Shown here: piece after piece, positions 44,228 to 56,719 of the stretch
How positions within the stretch are numbered: position 1 is the stretch's first letter
How the letters are laid out: every line of letters starts with the position of its first letter
From: Strigamia acuminata
Lineage: Eukaryota
Reading direction: 5' to 3'
Length of the DNA: 64,000 nucleotides
Assembly: GCA_949358305.1 (NCBI GenBank)
Contig: OX442314.1
Coordinates: 2,604,001-2,668,000, forward strand
Made by a program: the position numbers and the translations under genes
Notes under the pieces: generated by a model
Database searches by the model: none
The model's input: only the letters and a program-made list of their open reading frames with translations
Told to the model about the DNA's origin: nothing

Positions 44228-45547
44228 AAAGCCCGGATCGTCGTCCTTAGACGCCAGAATTGTACAAACGACGGACCTCTGGTCCCGATAATATTTTTTC
44301 CCTAAACAGGATTCCATGAGATGCCTGCCCCAAGACATGGACGCCGAGCCAGGGCGAGTGACGAGACGGTGACGCCGCGCCACGCGCTCAGATGCCCGAC
44401 GAAAGAAGACGTTGGAGGCTTCCAATGTTCCTGGAACCTCCCAACCTTGGGTCTTGGTCAGATCCCGGTTGATGTACATAGTTATTTATTTTTTCTTTTT
44501 TTTTCCTTTTCCTCGTTTGTTTAACGTAATTGTTTTGGAACATTCTTGAGAGGCTTGACCAACCTCTCCCATCCTTGTTTTACCTTTTAATTTAATTCGT
44601 TTATTATTATTTTATGTCAATATTTTTCTTTCTGTTTTGTTTTATGGTTTGCTCCCGGGCTTGTTACGTTCAGGCCCGGTGAATTATTATTTGCATTGTA
44701 ATACCATCAATAGTTTGTTTTGTTTTCGGCCAGTCTAGGGTTGGGTGTTTTCCGTTGCCCAACGTTGCTCGAACAGCGTGGACCGACGGTGCGGTGATCC
44801 TTTGGACAACCGGCACCGGAAGTCAGCGCCGGTAGCCCGACAGTGTGTGGTCTTTGACCGACACTATTGCCGTGCTTGCCTCGACTTGCGTGTCCCCGTT
44901 GGTGTTGTGTGTGGCCCCTTGGAACCTACCTTTTTCGAGGGGGGGGGAGATGTGACCGTCAGGCCACCTGGGTGACCTGCGGCACTGCCACACACCACCA
45001 TACGGCCCCAAAGGTCAACCCCTCTGTGGGTGATTGACCTAGCCCGGGGAGGAGGGAGTGGAGTAGTGTGGTGAGGAGGGAGTGGAGTGTGTGAGGAGAG
45101 TTGAGAGTTGGACACGGCCTGAGAAGGACGTGTCTGCAGCAGCTCCCAGAGAGGAGAAGTAGTCATCGAGAGGGACGAGAAGTGTCCCAGGTTGAACCCC
45201 ACACTCCTCACCATTCACCACGTTGATCCTCAGTGCTATGGCGGAGTCCGTAGTGCAGCCTCCATGAGCGGATACGCGGGTCGCAGGTAAGCGCGACATG
45301 AATGTTAAGTCGAACCGACCACGTCACACATTGGACTTCTGCCCAGTGTGTGACGGGCCGGTTGCCGGTGCGGCGCGCCTTCATGGTGCCCCTGCAACGG
45401 GTAGCGGGATTCCCCATACCCCTAGACAACGACAATAAAGGCCAACCAACCAATATTGTGGGAATCTTGTTATTATTACGTGATGTATGCGTCCCTACCC
45501 AGTGTGATTAGTCCCCTAGTTACATTGGCGAGACCATACCAGTCACA
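43304..45547 (+). mobile_element. 3' end of a second LTR retrotransposon; LTR about 44951-45547
   Basis: PPT GAGGGGGGGGGAGA then TGTGAC...GTCACA; AATAAA near 45434; alternative LTR end at 45523. Confidence 0.7.
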
Positions 45548-45883
45548 ATGAGTACTAGGCTTTAAATAGGACACTGACACCAGACAGGCACGCTGCCAAA
45601 GGGCCATGCTAACTTGTAAGTGTCACATCACACACACCTGTCACCCTCCTTGTAGACTTAGGCTATTGAGGTTGACAGAGTTCCATGCAGCAGTAATAAA
45701 CATACCGATAATGAATAATAGTCATTTGACTTCAGAATATCTTTGAAACTGTTGATAAGGTTTGTTTTTTATATAATAAAATCAGTTATTGCACCCATTT
45801 ATCGCTGATAAAGTCTAAATTTAAACATTTTGTTTGATATTTGATTGTTTCGTAGACAGGAATTATTTTATACAAACATGTAC

Positions 45884-46448
45884 CATTAATTGTGGTTCCA
45901 GACTAGTTTTGCCCATTCCAACATCTTTGAAAGTTGAAAGAATGAAGCGACGGTGCTGACTCGCTGTTTCGCCTTCTGCCACCATAAGACCTGGAACCAA
46001 AATGATAAAATTAATATAACATTACGTAATTAAGTAAATCATTACCTTTAGCTATTTTACTGGTACGAAAAATATTCTCTTTGGGTTTCCCCGAAAATAT
46101 GTTTCCCTGCTTTACAAAAGCTTCTTTAATGGCGTTGTAGTCACCCAACACTATCACCAACACATTCCCCAAATAAAAACTGAGCAAGTATTTAATAATT
46201 TAATAATGAAATTTTTATTTGGTATTAAATATTTACCTAATGACGTTTCCATACTTTTCTCCCAATTTCGTCACTTCTTTATAATGAGGTTGTTTTAAGA
46301 ATGGGAGATATCCAAATATTGGCAATCCCCATGGTCCAGGTGGTAAATTTTTTCTCGGTTTTAAATATAGCAATATAGTTATAAATGCTATCAAAATAAT
46401 ACTTTGATAGTATTCAAACATGATGTTTGTGAAACTCTTTAGTTCCAT
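45884..46448 (-). CDS. Cytochrome P450 (CYP2 clan) copy B, exons 1-3 only
   Basis: N-terminal anchor, LPPGPWGLPIFGYLPFL; exons 46236-46448, about 46046-46180, 45884-45990. Confidence 0.85.
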
Positions 46449-46584
46449 ACTTATACCAAGGAGATAATGTGCGGCTGTGTGGCTACCTAATGCTGTGTTA
46501 TCCAGAAGTGGTTTTGTGATTTACCTTGTCAGTAGCTGATAAGGTTGAACTCATCCAATAACATTGAAATGACATTGTGGTAAT

Positions 46585-46790
46585 TTTAGCTGCTACGGCT
46601 ATGACTCTTCCTTTACCAATCTTCCTTAACCAATTTCATTTTATATTTTTTTCCCTACTTTTGGATATTTCAACATATATACAATACTCAAAAGCAAATA
46701 ATTTGTTGAGGTTTCACCACCATTGACATTTTTTGCATTGGGTAAGAAATCGTGGACTATTTTGCAATAAACAATAAATGAGTTTGTATG
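46585..46790 (-). pseudogene. Degenerate copy of the P450 I-helix exon
   Basis: Clear similarity to 48330-48550 with indels and a stop. Confidence 0.75.
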
Positions 46791-47253
46791 GAAATTGAAA
46801 TTTATGTTTTCACTTTTTTCACAAGATAAGAAAAGATAACAATAAGATTTAAAAGTGTATACAAGGTATTGACTAAAAAAAATGGTGCGCTACAACTTTG
46901 CAATTGACTTTTTTTTTTCTGTCTCAAAGAGTTTATAAGTCAGGAAGTGAATGACCTTGATACTAGTGCTCAAGGTCAAGTTCGGAATCACTATTAATTT
47001 TAGCATGGCCAACTTCGTATATGACCCAATTATAAATTCAAGAAATATTCTTCTCTTCTGAAATATTGTTGGGGGAACAGACTTTTCTGTATAATGCTAG
47101 CAAAATCGCTTGCAAGTCGATAAATGAACGGCAAAATGAGTTTAACGGTTGAACATAAAACATGTGTTTACTCTATGAAGTACACGAATCGAATTGAATT
47201 CGAAATTTTCAACAATACATGAGTGCACGCAACACACGTTTTAAAACTTGTTA

Positions 47254-47311
47254 TATAAATATAACAACTTAAAACTAACCTTAAGGTTAGTTTTAAGTTG
47301 TTATATTTATA
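47254..47311. repeat. Perfect 58-bp palindrome
   Basis: tataaatataacaacttaaaactaacctt|aaggttagttttaagttgttatatttata. Confidence 0.95.
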
Positions 47312-47503
47312 ACATTTATATTTATTTATTAATTAATAAATGAGAAAACATGTCACAAACTTATCGAAAAAATATTCTTTCCATTCGATTGAATGTTTTG
47401 TGGTCATACATCACCTAAAGTTTTTACTACATATATTTATATTTAGTTGGTGGTTCTTTTTAAAAAAAAAGAATTTTTTTAAAAAAATTTATTGAGGTAA
47501 TGT

Positions 47504-50500
47504 TTAAAACAATGCGCACACTTTGAATGGTTTTGGCTGCCAGGATATGCCTAGACATGCTTCCAGCGCGGCAACATGTCCTTTTGGTAATTGAATATTG
47601 AATTGTTGAAACAATGAGACGAAATACAGAAAGGTTGTTGTAGTAGCTAACCTCTCACCAATACAATTTCTTTTACCTAAAATGTGCATATATTATTAAA
47701 AAAAAATGTCAATATACTGTAGCTTATCATCAGATTCTGATGGTATATTACCCATTGAAAATTGAATCAAGTATTCTGGTTTAATGATTTTGTCATTATC
47801 ACCAATAAACCTTTCTGGCTTGAATTCTTCTGGATCTTTCCACAGAGTTTTATCGTGATGAACGGCCCACAGGTTGGCTATAACATAACTATGTTTTGGA
47901 ATATCATAGTCAAACAATTTCGTTTCTTCCATGTTGCTGTGTTACAAAAATTATGAAAATCATTATCTCTACTATTCTATTCTGATATATGAATTTTTCC
48001 AAAGAAAAGACTTTGGCGATTGAAATTTTGCCAACAACTGTAAAAAAAAACACGAGCATTGCCTGTTAATTTTTGGAATGCCATGCCATCTGCAAATCAA
48101 TAAAAAGGGTGAATAAAATTTTTAAATTAGCTCCGTCTGAATATTTTCCATTTCCATTTCCATTCGCTTTAATTGCGTACTGGGTTGTTATTTATTATGC
48201 TTCTGTCTTTTTCTTTTGAAAATATTCAATCATCATTATATTACAACCTATGAACCAAACTAAAAGGGAGTACAGTGCACATCCTATGCACTTCCAGCAT
48301 TGTTGCCTCAGTGTATGGCATATTCATTTTATCTGCCACGACCGGATCTCTTCCTTTACCAATTACTTCATCAATTTCGTTTTGAACTTTTTTCCTTACT
48401 TCTGGATATTTCAACATATATAGAATACTCCAAAGCAAATAACTTGTCGAGGTTTCGACACCAGCTCCATACAAATTTCTTGCATTGGGTAAGAGATCCT
48501 GCACTATTTTCAAATAAACAATAGTGTACTTGTAAGTGAGTTTCTATGGAAATTGCTGCAACTTCACGAGTTGGAGCTTTTTGTAGGGCAGATAATTTAT
48601 ATCTGATGCTCTGTATTATTTTGAACTTTAAACTTACTATCAAAATAGCCTTCAGATCCAGTTTTCTCAATTAGTTGCTTTCTTTCTGTTATGTAGGAAT
48701 CTATGTAATTGGTCTTCCATCCTTCGATGTAATTTTCTTCTTTGTTTTTAATTACTCTGCTTAAATAGGTCTCAATAATTCCAGCTGCTTTTCTGGAAAA
48801 AAGAATGACATAAAAAATGGTATGGTAATAATATTAAAGGAAATGTAGCACCTGAACTGTTTAATTCCTGTGAGGGAATCAGTGAATGGAATATGAACCA
48901 ACCAGGGCAGAAACACCCTCAAAGCAAGTGGACCTACATATTTTGACGAATCTAGAATTGTTGTTGATACAGTTTGAAGGAACGGATCTGTGTATTCCAA
49001 TCTATCTCCAAATTGCAACAAAGCTACAATATTAGCAACACTTAAGCCTATTGCGTATTTTAGATCAGTCGGCTGTCCATTTGTCTTTTTTATTTCGTTT
49101 AAAAAATGTCTGATTTCATTCTGAAAAACAAAAGTATATTCTTAAAATCTCCGGAGTAGAAAACATATTAACCTTCCCATAGCCAAGCCTAATTTCCACC
49201 ATTGCTAGCTGAGATCGGTCAAATCGGCCTTCTTTTAAAATGCTTCTGCGCATGTGCAGAATCTTATTTCTCCAGGTGCAATCGCATTTTTCCTGGCCTC
49301 AGCACATGTTTTAATGTGCTCAAACCAGAAAAAATGCGATTGCACCTGGAAAAGTAAGATTGTGCACATGCGCAGAATTGTTTCAATAAACTGCCTAGTG
49401 CTAAAAAGTGGCAAAACAGTGTACGGCGCTCGCGTAATGGTATTTTGTGTTGTAAATGTTATTGTTATTATTAGTTTATCTTATTCCTAATCGAAATAAT
49501 ATTAAAACTTAATTAATATAAATTTAGAAAAAATATTTTTGGAGGAATTAAAGCTGGTTTCCTAAATTAATTTTCAGGAAAAACAGAGTTACAGTTATTA
49601 TTGTGTATTTATCGTTGATGTGGTTAGTGGTCAAGAAAGCGACATGTCAGGTAAGTTGAACTAAAAATGACTGATTTATTCTCGAATTACAATATAGGTG
49701 GCGCTGCTCTTAAAAGCGCCAAAACATAACGATTGGTCAGGATTGACCGATGGAGTAGGACACTCCAACATCCCCTTTAATTGGGAGAAACACCAATTAT
49801 ATAATCAAGAAAGGGATAAAACAATTTAAACATTAAACACATGTATATAAAAGTTAATAAAGAACAAAGTTGGAAATTTAAACTAACACAAAATGAAATC
49901 AATTAATTTAAAACACAAACACAAACATCAATTCGGTGGGAAGCCATAAAAGTCCGTTTGTTTCCTGTTTCGGACTGGTCGAGGGCTAAGCGCTGGAGGA
50001 ACTGGAGCACTCGAGCCAGCAATTGCAGGTGGCGATGGCGCACGAACGGGCAACGGCGGTGCGTGTGTCGGAGCAACGTTTTGAGGAACGACAGCTTGAG
50101 GAACGGTGAGTACTGGATCAGGCACGGGCACAGGCGGTGTAGTTGGTTGAGAAGTGATGGCAAAAGGAAGAAGAGAACTTCTACAATCTTTCCCCCCATT
50201 TTGTGGCAACAAACTCGGATCTGCGCGACGTCGCAACTGGTCAATGTGTCGATTCCACGTCACGTCGAGAGCGACTTCAATATCGTAAGTGGACGAAGAA
50301 GTCTTCTTTTTAACTATACCGGGTATCCACTTGGGAGTGCCACGGTAATCCCGCGCGAACACGAGGTCCCCAACTTCAAAACGGCGCGGAATGTCAATTT
50401 GGTCGACATCTGGCAGAAGTCGTGGGTTCAATAGATGTAAGCGCGTCCGCATCTCACGCTGAAGGAAGGCGACAGCTGGTGAAACTTTCGTCGTAGCGTG

Positions 50501-53500
50501 TGGCGTTGAGCGATACGATGCGATGAAACGGGAGACGGCATCCGACAAGGAAAAATTCAAGGTTAGAAATTTATCAACTTGGGTTTTAAAAGTCTTCACA
50601 AAACCCTCAACCGCGCCATTTGTAGCTGGATGGTACGGCGGTGAGAGAGTGTGACGAATTCCATTTATCGCCAAGAACTGGCGAAATTCCTGCGAGGTGA
50701 ACTGTGGTCCGTTGTCGGTATGAAAATGCAGTGGCAAACCGTGATTTTCGAACCAAGACTTGATAACTTCAATGGTGGCGGCAGCAGTAGTTGTGGACAT
50801 CTTACGAATCTCGCACCACTTGGTTTTAGCGTCAACCGCCAACAGGAACATCGAATTATGAAACGGGCCGGCGAAATCGAGATGTACCCGTCCCCACACC
50901 TGGTCTGGAACTGGCCAACTGACGGTGTTTGATTTCGGCGGATCGGGTAAGCTTCGCTGGCAGACGTCGCAGTTCTTGACTGTGCGCTCGATGTCAGCGT
51001 CGATTCCAGGCCACCAAACCGTGGCTCGCGCCAACGATTTGGTACGGACAATGCCGTAATGACCCGCATGGAGCTCGACCAACACCGAACGACGAACAGC
51101 TTTCGGAATCACCAACCTATCAGAGAGAAATAAAAATTCGTCAAAAGTTGAGAACGAGTCCCGGTGTTTATAAAATTCAGCGGTGTCCGGCGTGCGTGAT
51201 TTCCATCCAGTGCGAACATGTCGCATAACATCTTGCAGTACTTCGTCAGCTGCGTACGCAGCTTTTAAAGAAGTAGCTGACATGGGGAAATCTGAAATTG
51301 AAGCAGAATAAATTTTGTTAATGCCGACTTCCAAATCTTCTGTGCTGTCCACACTCGGTTGTGGATTACGAGACAAGCCATCGGCAATGGCGTTGTCCAC
51401 AGCAGGCACGTGTTCAATAATAAAATCGTAGGCGGACAGAAATACTGCCCAACGATGCAGTCGTGCAGCCACGATCTGGTTACATCCCTTTTTCTCTCCA
51501 AATATAGAAACAAAGGGTTTGTGGTCCGTACGCAGGAAGAAACGACGCCCAAACAGGTAGTGATGGAATTTCCTGATGCCATAAATAATGGCGAATCCCT
51601 CACGCTCTATCTGTGCGTAATTCTTCTGCGCGGCCGACAAAAGAGAACTCGCAAAGGCAATTGGCCTGTGAGTACCGTCTGGATCGAGGTGCGACAAGAA
51701 CGCTCCCACGCCTACCGGGGAAGCATCGACTGTCAAAAACAATTTTTTAGACTGATCAAAGTGAACCAACGCTGACTCTGTGGATACAGCAACCTTAACC
51801 TTTTTCCAGGTGGACTCGTGCTCCTCTGTCCACTTCCACTCGACATCGTCACGTGTTAAACGATATAACGGTTCGAGCAGAGTAGACAAATTTGCAACAA
51901 AGCGACCGTAGTAATTGATGAGACCAAGGAACGATTTCAAAGAGGTTACATCACTGGGGCGCCTTGCATCTCTGAGTGGAGCGAGCTTCGAATCTATCGG
52001 GGAAATACCTAGTTTGGAAATGTTTAAACCTAAAAACTGGATCGATTGCTGTAAAAAGTGACACTTCCGGCGATTCAACGTGAGACCGGCTCCACCGAAC
52101 GTCGTCAAAAGCACGTCCAAATTTTGCAGGTGAACCGCGTTGGTCGCACCTGTCACGGCGGAGTCATCGATAAACGGCTGAGCGCTGTTCACCTTGGCGG
52201 TCAACTGGTCCATCGTTTGTTGGAATAGAGCGGGAGCGGACGAAATACCATAAAAGAGCCTATTTACCCTGAAAAGGCCCAAATGAGTGTTAATCGTGCA
52301 GAACATTTTGCTCTCCTCATCTAATTCCAATTGATTGAAAGCTGAATTCATATCCAATACTGAATAAGTTTCCCCTCCCGACAATTTGGCGGTCACATCT
52401 GCAAATAAAGGCAAAGGATATGAGTTGGGAAAAATAGCTTTGTTAATTGTCCGGTTATAGCAACCAGCCAATTTGATGGTGCCATCAGACTTTTTAACAT
52501 GCATCACGGGCGTTGCCCAACGTGATGATGCAACCGGGGTTATAATACCCAGCGCTTGCAAACGCGCCAACTCAGCCTCGACCAATGGCTTAACTGCTAT
52601 GGGGACTGGATAAGCTTTTAGAAAAATCGGCTGTACCGCCGGATCAACGTCAATGTGAACAGTGGACTTGTTAAAGCAACCGATTTCATCTCGGAAAGTG
52701 TGCTCGTGCTTCAGCAACAACGTTTCCAAAGCTTTGGCGGAAGTGGAATCGAGAACCTCGGACTGGGGAGCAACGGAATCGGCCTTGTAAATTTTCGCGC
52801 CGACCGCTTCAGCAGTTTTCGAAAGGAGCCCGAACATGCATAACCAACCTCTGCCCAACAACGGAACTGGACCATCCCGTGCGACACAGAGTGGCAATAA
52901 AAAATTTCGATTTTTGAACCTGACTGGAACCTCAATAACTCCCTCCATCTGTATTTGATCGCCTGTATACGTGTACATGTTGCACGGGATGGTCTGCAAT
53001 GGAAAATGGGAAAAATGTTTTAGATATAAATCAAGAGCAATAATTGAAGCACCTGCCCCCGTGTCCATCTCCATATCGAGATTGACACCATCGATACAAA
53101 TGGTAATCATGACAGGTTTCACACGTGGCAAATGCACGGAATTGACTGCAGTTGCGGGACCAGTGTGAACTCGATAGAAATCCATGTCCTCGTTAAAACG
53201 AACAACGTGAGTGGAATCCGATGCTGGAACACGAGAACGACACACCGGACGAATATGTCCAGTTTTACCACAGCCGTGGCACTTGGCGTCCCGAAAACGA
53301 CACGAATCGCGAGAGTGGTTCGATTTACCACAAGCCGAGCACCCCGACGCATTTCCTTTACTGGATGGTTGGTGTGGAGTTGGAAAAGCAACATTTTTCT
53401 TCGTGAAACGCTTTCCGCCTCGTCTGTTCGGCTCGTATCGCGGCTTTGACTCGTGGAGTTTATGCACAGGAGTGGCGGCAGTATTCTGGGCAGCAATAGT

Positions 53501-55679
53501 CGAAAATTCCTTCGATGACACCTCAGCGGAAGCCGCAAAAGCAACGGCGTCGTCGAAAGTCAGATCAGTTTTCAGGGTTAACGCATGTTGGACTTGCTCG
53601 TTTTGCAAGCCACATAAAAAGCGATTTCGCAGCTCGTCCGATTTATTTTCACCAAAGTCGCAATTCTCAGCAAGATCTTGGAGAGCCAACGAGTATTCGG
53701 TGACAGTCTCACCTGCCTGGCGATCGCGCCGATGAAATCGACGTATTTCGGCCAAAACGAGCGGCTTCGGGCGGGCGTTCTTCTGCATGAGCGCTACCAA
53801 TTCGGCGTACTTGAATTCGGCCGGCTTCTTGGGTGCTGTAAGCGACACCAATAACTTCAACGTCGGCATGCCCACGTACGCGAGCAGCGTGTGAACCTGC
53901 TCCAAATCGTCAACTATTTTGTTGCAGGCGAAAATACTCGCCATACGCAAACAATAAAGTTCCCAATCGTCACTGGAATCGTATTCGCGAAGCGTGCCTT
54001 TCAACGTCGACATCTTGATGGCAAGGAGGCGGAATATGGCACAAAAAACGCGAAAATTCGAAGCACAAAACGACTAGGCCTACTTCGGGGACGGCGTGGT
54101 CAGCGACGGTCAAAAACGGCCAAAAAGTTCATCAAACGATCAAAAAAAAACTCACAAAAAGTAGATACGAAGCTGCATCTGGTTGTGGGTCGTCGATTGC
54201 GATCCTCCTCGTCGCCAATTATTGTGTATTTATCGTTGATGTGGTTAGTGGTCAAGAAAGCGACATGTCAGGTAAGTTGAACTAAAAATGACTGATTTAT
54301 TCTCGAATTACAATATAGGTGGCGCTGCTCTTAAAAGCGCCAAAACATAACGATTGGTCAGGATTGACCGATGGAGTAGGACACTCCAGTTATTTTGCTA
54401 CTTTTGTTATTTTTCTGACCCACCATGGCTATGGGAAGGTTAAGAATACGGGTGCAACACGAATTTTTGCAAAAGACAGATCAGGATCATTTCGGTTCTG
54501 ATTCAGGAAAAGAAATAAAATTGATTGGGATGCCAGTATTTAATGAGATATCTGCGGTCAAACATCGCAAATTAACTTTGAAGATCTCGTGTAATGAGAA
54601 GCGCTTGGCGACAGGGGGCTCCGACCAATGAAATTACAGATACAAACCAGGAATGACTAAAAAACCAATCCAGGTGAGGTTTGCAGAGGGTGGGATGATA
54701 AAAAAAACCCAAGAACATGCGTAAAAGCAAGAAACAGCATTAAGGTGGGTTCACATGTGGTGCTTTGTGCTTGCACGTTAAAGCACGAACATGATGCGCG
54801 CACATGATGCAGCACTGCCAGCTGTTAGCAAAGCACGAACAATGAGCAGAGCGCTGTTCACATGCATGCACGAACACAAAGCACCAATCGTGCTTTAAAG
54901 CTGCTTTAAAGCAGACATGTGAACCCATCTTTAGTCACTCCTGGCTGAGGAGCTTCCTGTTCACAACGCCTACTCATGTAATGGCTTGATATAATGCAAT
55001 GCAGTCAAGCTCTTCTTGGAGCATAAAGGGTTTCACATTGTTCAAACCTTGCTGTCGAGCCTTTTTTGCAGGAGAAAGGGAATTTAAATAATAACACCCA
55101 CCATTATATGTGGTTCCAGGCTTGATTTACCCATCCCCAAATCTTTAAACGTTGAAAGAATAAAACGCCGGTGATGACTGGCTTTTTCTCCCTCGGCATT
55201 TGACAAACCTAAAGTTGAAGTAAAGTTTGCATTATATGAGTAAGCAATATGTGAACATTGAATGTACCTGAAGGATTTCCAGTTTTCAGGTGATTGGCGT
55301 GGGGTTTTCCAGAAAACAAATATCCTTGCTTCACAAAAGCTTCTTTTATTGCATTGTAATCGTTTAGAACAATAACTAAAACACCACCCAAATAAATACT
55401 GAAATACAAAAGAAAGGAATTGTAATTTCACTTTTTTATTGATTTGAAAAAATAATAATAATACCTCATTACATTTCCATACTTTTTACTTAATTTTGTG
55501 ATGGTTAAATGGTGTGGATCTTTCAAAAAGGGAATATAACCAAATATTGGCAATCTCCATGGACCAGGCGGAAGATTTTTTACATTTTTCTTCCAGTGTA
55601 TTAACAAACTTACAATTGCAAGTAAGACAAGTGGCTGGTAGTATTCCATCAAGAAATTGAGCACTTTGGATGACTCCAT
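47504..55679 (-). CDS. Cytochrome P450 (CYP2 clan) copy A, about 8 exons
   Basis: LPPGPW, AGVETS, EVHR, PERF, FSMG-KRNCIG; GT-AG introns; exon boundaries approximate. Confidence 0.92.
49599..54388 (-). mobile_element. Full-length Mag-like Gypsy LTR retrotransposon
   Basis: Identical LTRs 49599-49767 and 54220-54388; TSD GTTAT; PBS TGGCGACGAGG; purine tract next to the 3' LTR. Confidence 0.96.
49928..54013 (-). CDS. Single-ORF Gag-Pol polyprotein
   Basis: Two Cys/His knuckles, DTGA, YGISSAPALFQ, FIDD, VDAS, HLDFAGP, TDNGPQF. Confidence 0.96.
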   Translation of the reverse strand: MSTLKGTLREYDSSDDWELYCLRMASIFACNKIVDDLEQVHTLLAYVGMPTLKLLVSLTAPKKPAEFKYAELVALMQKNARPKPLVLAEIRRFHRRDRQAGETVTEYSLALQDLAENCDFGENKSDELRNRFLCGLQNEQVQHALTLKTDLTFDDAVAFAASAEVSSKEFSTIAAQNTAATPVHKLHESKPRYEPNRRGGKRFTKKNVAFPTPHQPSSKGNASGCSACGKSNHSRDSCRFRDAKCHGCGKTGHIRPVCRSRVPASDSTHVVRFNEDMDFYRVHTGPATAVNSVHLPRVKPVMITICIDGVNLDMEMDTGAGASIIALDLYLKHFSHFPLQTIPCNMYTYTGDQIQMEGVIEVPVRFKNRNFLLPLCVARDGPVPLLGRGWLCMFGLLSKTAEAVGAKIYKADSVAPQSEVLDSTSAKALETLLLKHEHTFRDEIGCFNKSTVHIDVDPAVQPIFLKAYPVPIAVKPLVEAELARLQALGIITPVASSRWATPVMHVKKSDGTIKLAGCYNRTINKAIFPNSYPLPLFADVTAKLSGGETYSVLDMNSAFNQLELDEESKMFCTINTHLGLFRVNRLFYGISSAPALFQQTMDQLTAKVNSAQPFIDDSAVTGATNAVHLQNLDVLLTTFGGAGLTLNRRKCHFLQQSIQFLGLNISKLGISPIDSKLAPLRDARRPSDVTSLKSFLGLINYYGRFVANLSTLLEPLYRLTRDDVEWKWTEEHESTWKKVKVAVSTESALVHFDQSKKLFLTVDASPVGVGAFLSHLDPDGTHRPIAFASSLLSAAQKNYAQIEREGFAIIYGIRKFHHYLFGRRFFLRTDHKPFVSIFGEKKGCNQIVAARLHRWAVFLSAYDFIIEHVPAVDNAIADGLSRNPQPSVDSTEDLEVGINKIYSASISDFPMSATSLKAAYAADEVLQDVMRHVRTGWKSRTPDTAEFYKHRDSFSTFDEFLFLSDRLVIPKAVRRSVLVELHAGHYGIVRTKSLARATVWWPGIDADIERTVKNCDVCQRSLPDPPKSNTVSWPVPDQVWGRVHLDFAGPFHNSMFLLAVDAKTKWCEIRKMSTTTAAATIEVIKSWFENHGLPLHFHTDNGPQFTSQEFRQFLAINGIRHTLSPPYHPATNGAVEGFVKTFKTQVDKFLTLNFSLSDAVSRFIASYRSTPHATTKVSPAVAFLQREMRTRLHLLNPRLLPDVDQIDIPRRFEVGDLVFARDYRGTPKWIPGIVKKKTSSSTYDIEVALDVTWNRHIDQLRRRADPSLLPQNGGKDCRSSLLPFAITSQPTTPPVPVPDPVLTVPQAVVPQNVAPTHAPPLPVRAPSPPAIAGSSAPVPPALSPRPVRNRKQTDFYGFPPN
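54743..54930. mobile_element. PIF/Harbinger-type MITE
   Basis: TTA|AGGTGGGTTCACATGT...ACATGTGAACCCATCT|TTA. Confidence 0.75.
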
Positions 55680-56719
55680 TGATAATTAGATAGCAGCAGT
55701 GAAAATTGTTTGCACAAATCTGTGGTTTCTGTGAGAAAGTTTTCTACTTATCTCTTTGTGCATATCCAGCTCCTAAAGAAAATATCCGGTCCACATATTA
55801 AGAGATAACAGATCACGAAATGTATTTACACGTTGATAAGTTATCCGTGGTTAGGATTTGTAGTAAACGTAATCAAATTGGGGATGGAGGAACGATTCAT
55901 TTTTGCCTGGGTGTGCTTAGTCAAAATGATGACTCTGTGAAACGATACTATAGTAGGCTTAATTTTTTTTAAAAGTATTATCACAGAGATGAAATTTTTA
56001 TAAATATAGAATGTTGTTTTGCACACAGGATGATTACTCTCAAGATTTTAACCTTGGTCTTTGATTTTGAGTGCAACCGTTACATCTTTTCAAATGAGAT
56101 GTATTTTTTGGCACTAAATTCGCTTTCACAGGCGACGCCGATATTAATTCAAAACCGTCGTCAGAGTCAACTCAAGGATATCAATGTTTGGTATCAAATT
56201 ACCACAAATGCTCTGATAGAATAGCCTCGTTCTATTGACAAAACCCAAATTTTTTCCACATACTATCATAGACCTGCACAGCAATAGATAGCAATTCCTC
56301 AGAATTTTTAATGTTTTTGTTGTTTCGAGGCCCCGGACATTGACACTGAGACTCGAGATGACAAGAAAAAGTGACTGAAGCGTCGCAAAAATTATGTTGG
56401 GTAAACATAACACAAACCCAAAATATGAAAGTGTGTGTGGGATTTAATTTTTGGGCTTTTAGAATTAATGGTAACTAAAATTCCTTCATTTGCACTCAAT
56501 TAAGTATCTATGACTCACTTCTTTGAACACAATTTTTTTTTCTGGTAGTTTTACATAAATTCTTTCATTTTTTATTGTATATTCTAAAACCAGATGCTTA
56601 AATCGTTAATAATTACGTTGGACATTTATCATAATGTCTCCCCCTAATGTCTTCCTTTAAAATTAGTATAAATATTGGTCTCAAACTCCAACTGGTCTCA
56701 TTGAGGTGCACACACAACG

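Larger units (their letters stand above)
49172..54439. mobile_element. Non-autonomous piggyBac-type element (about 470 bp net) split by the Mag insertion
   Basis: TTAA|CCTTCCCATAGCCA...TGGCTATGGGAAGG|TTAA. Confidence 0.88.
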
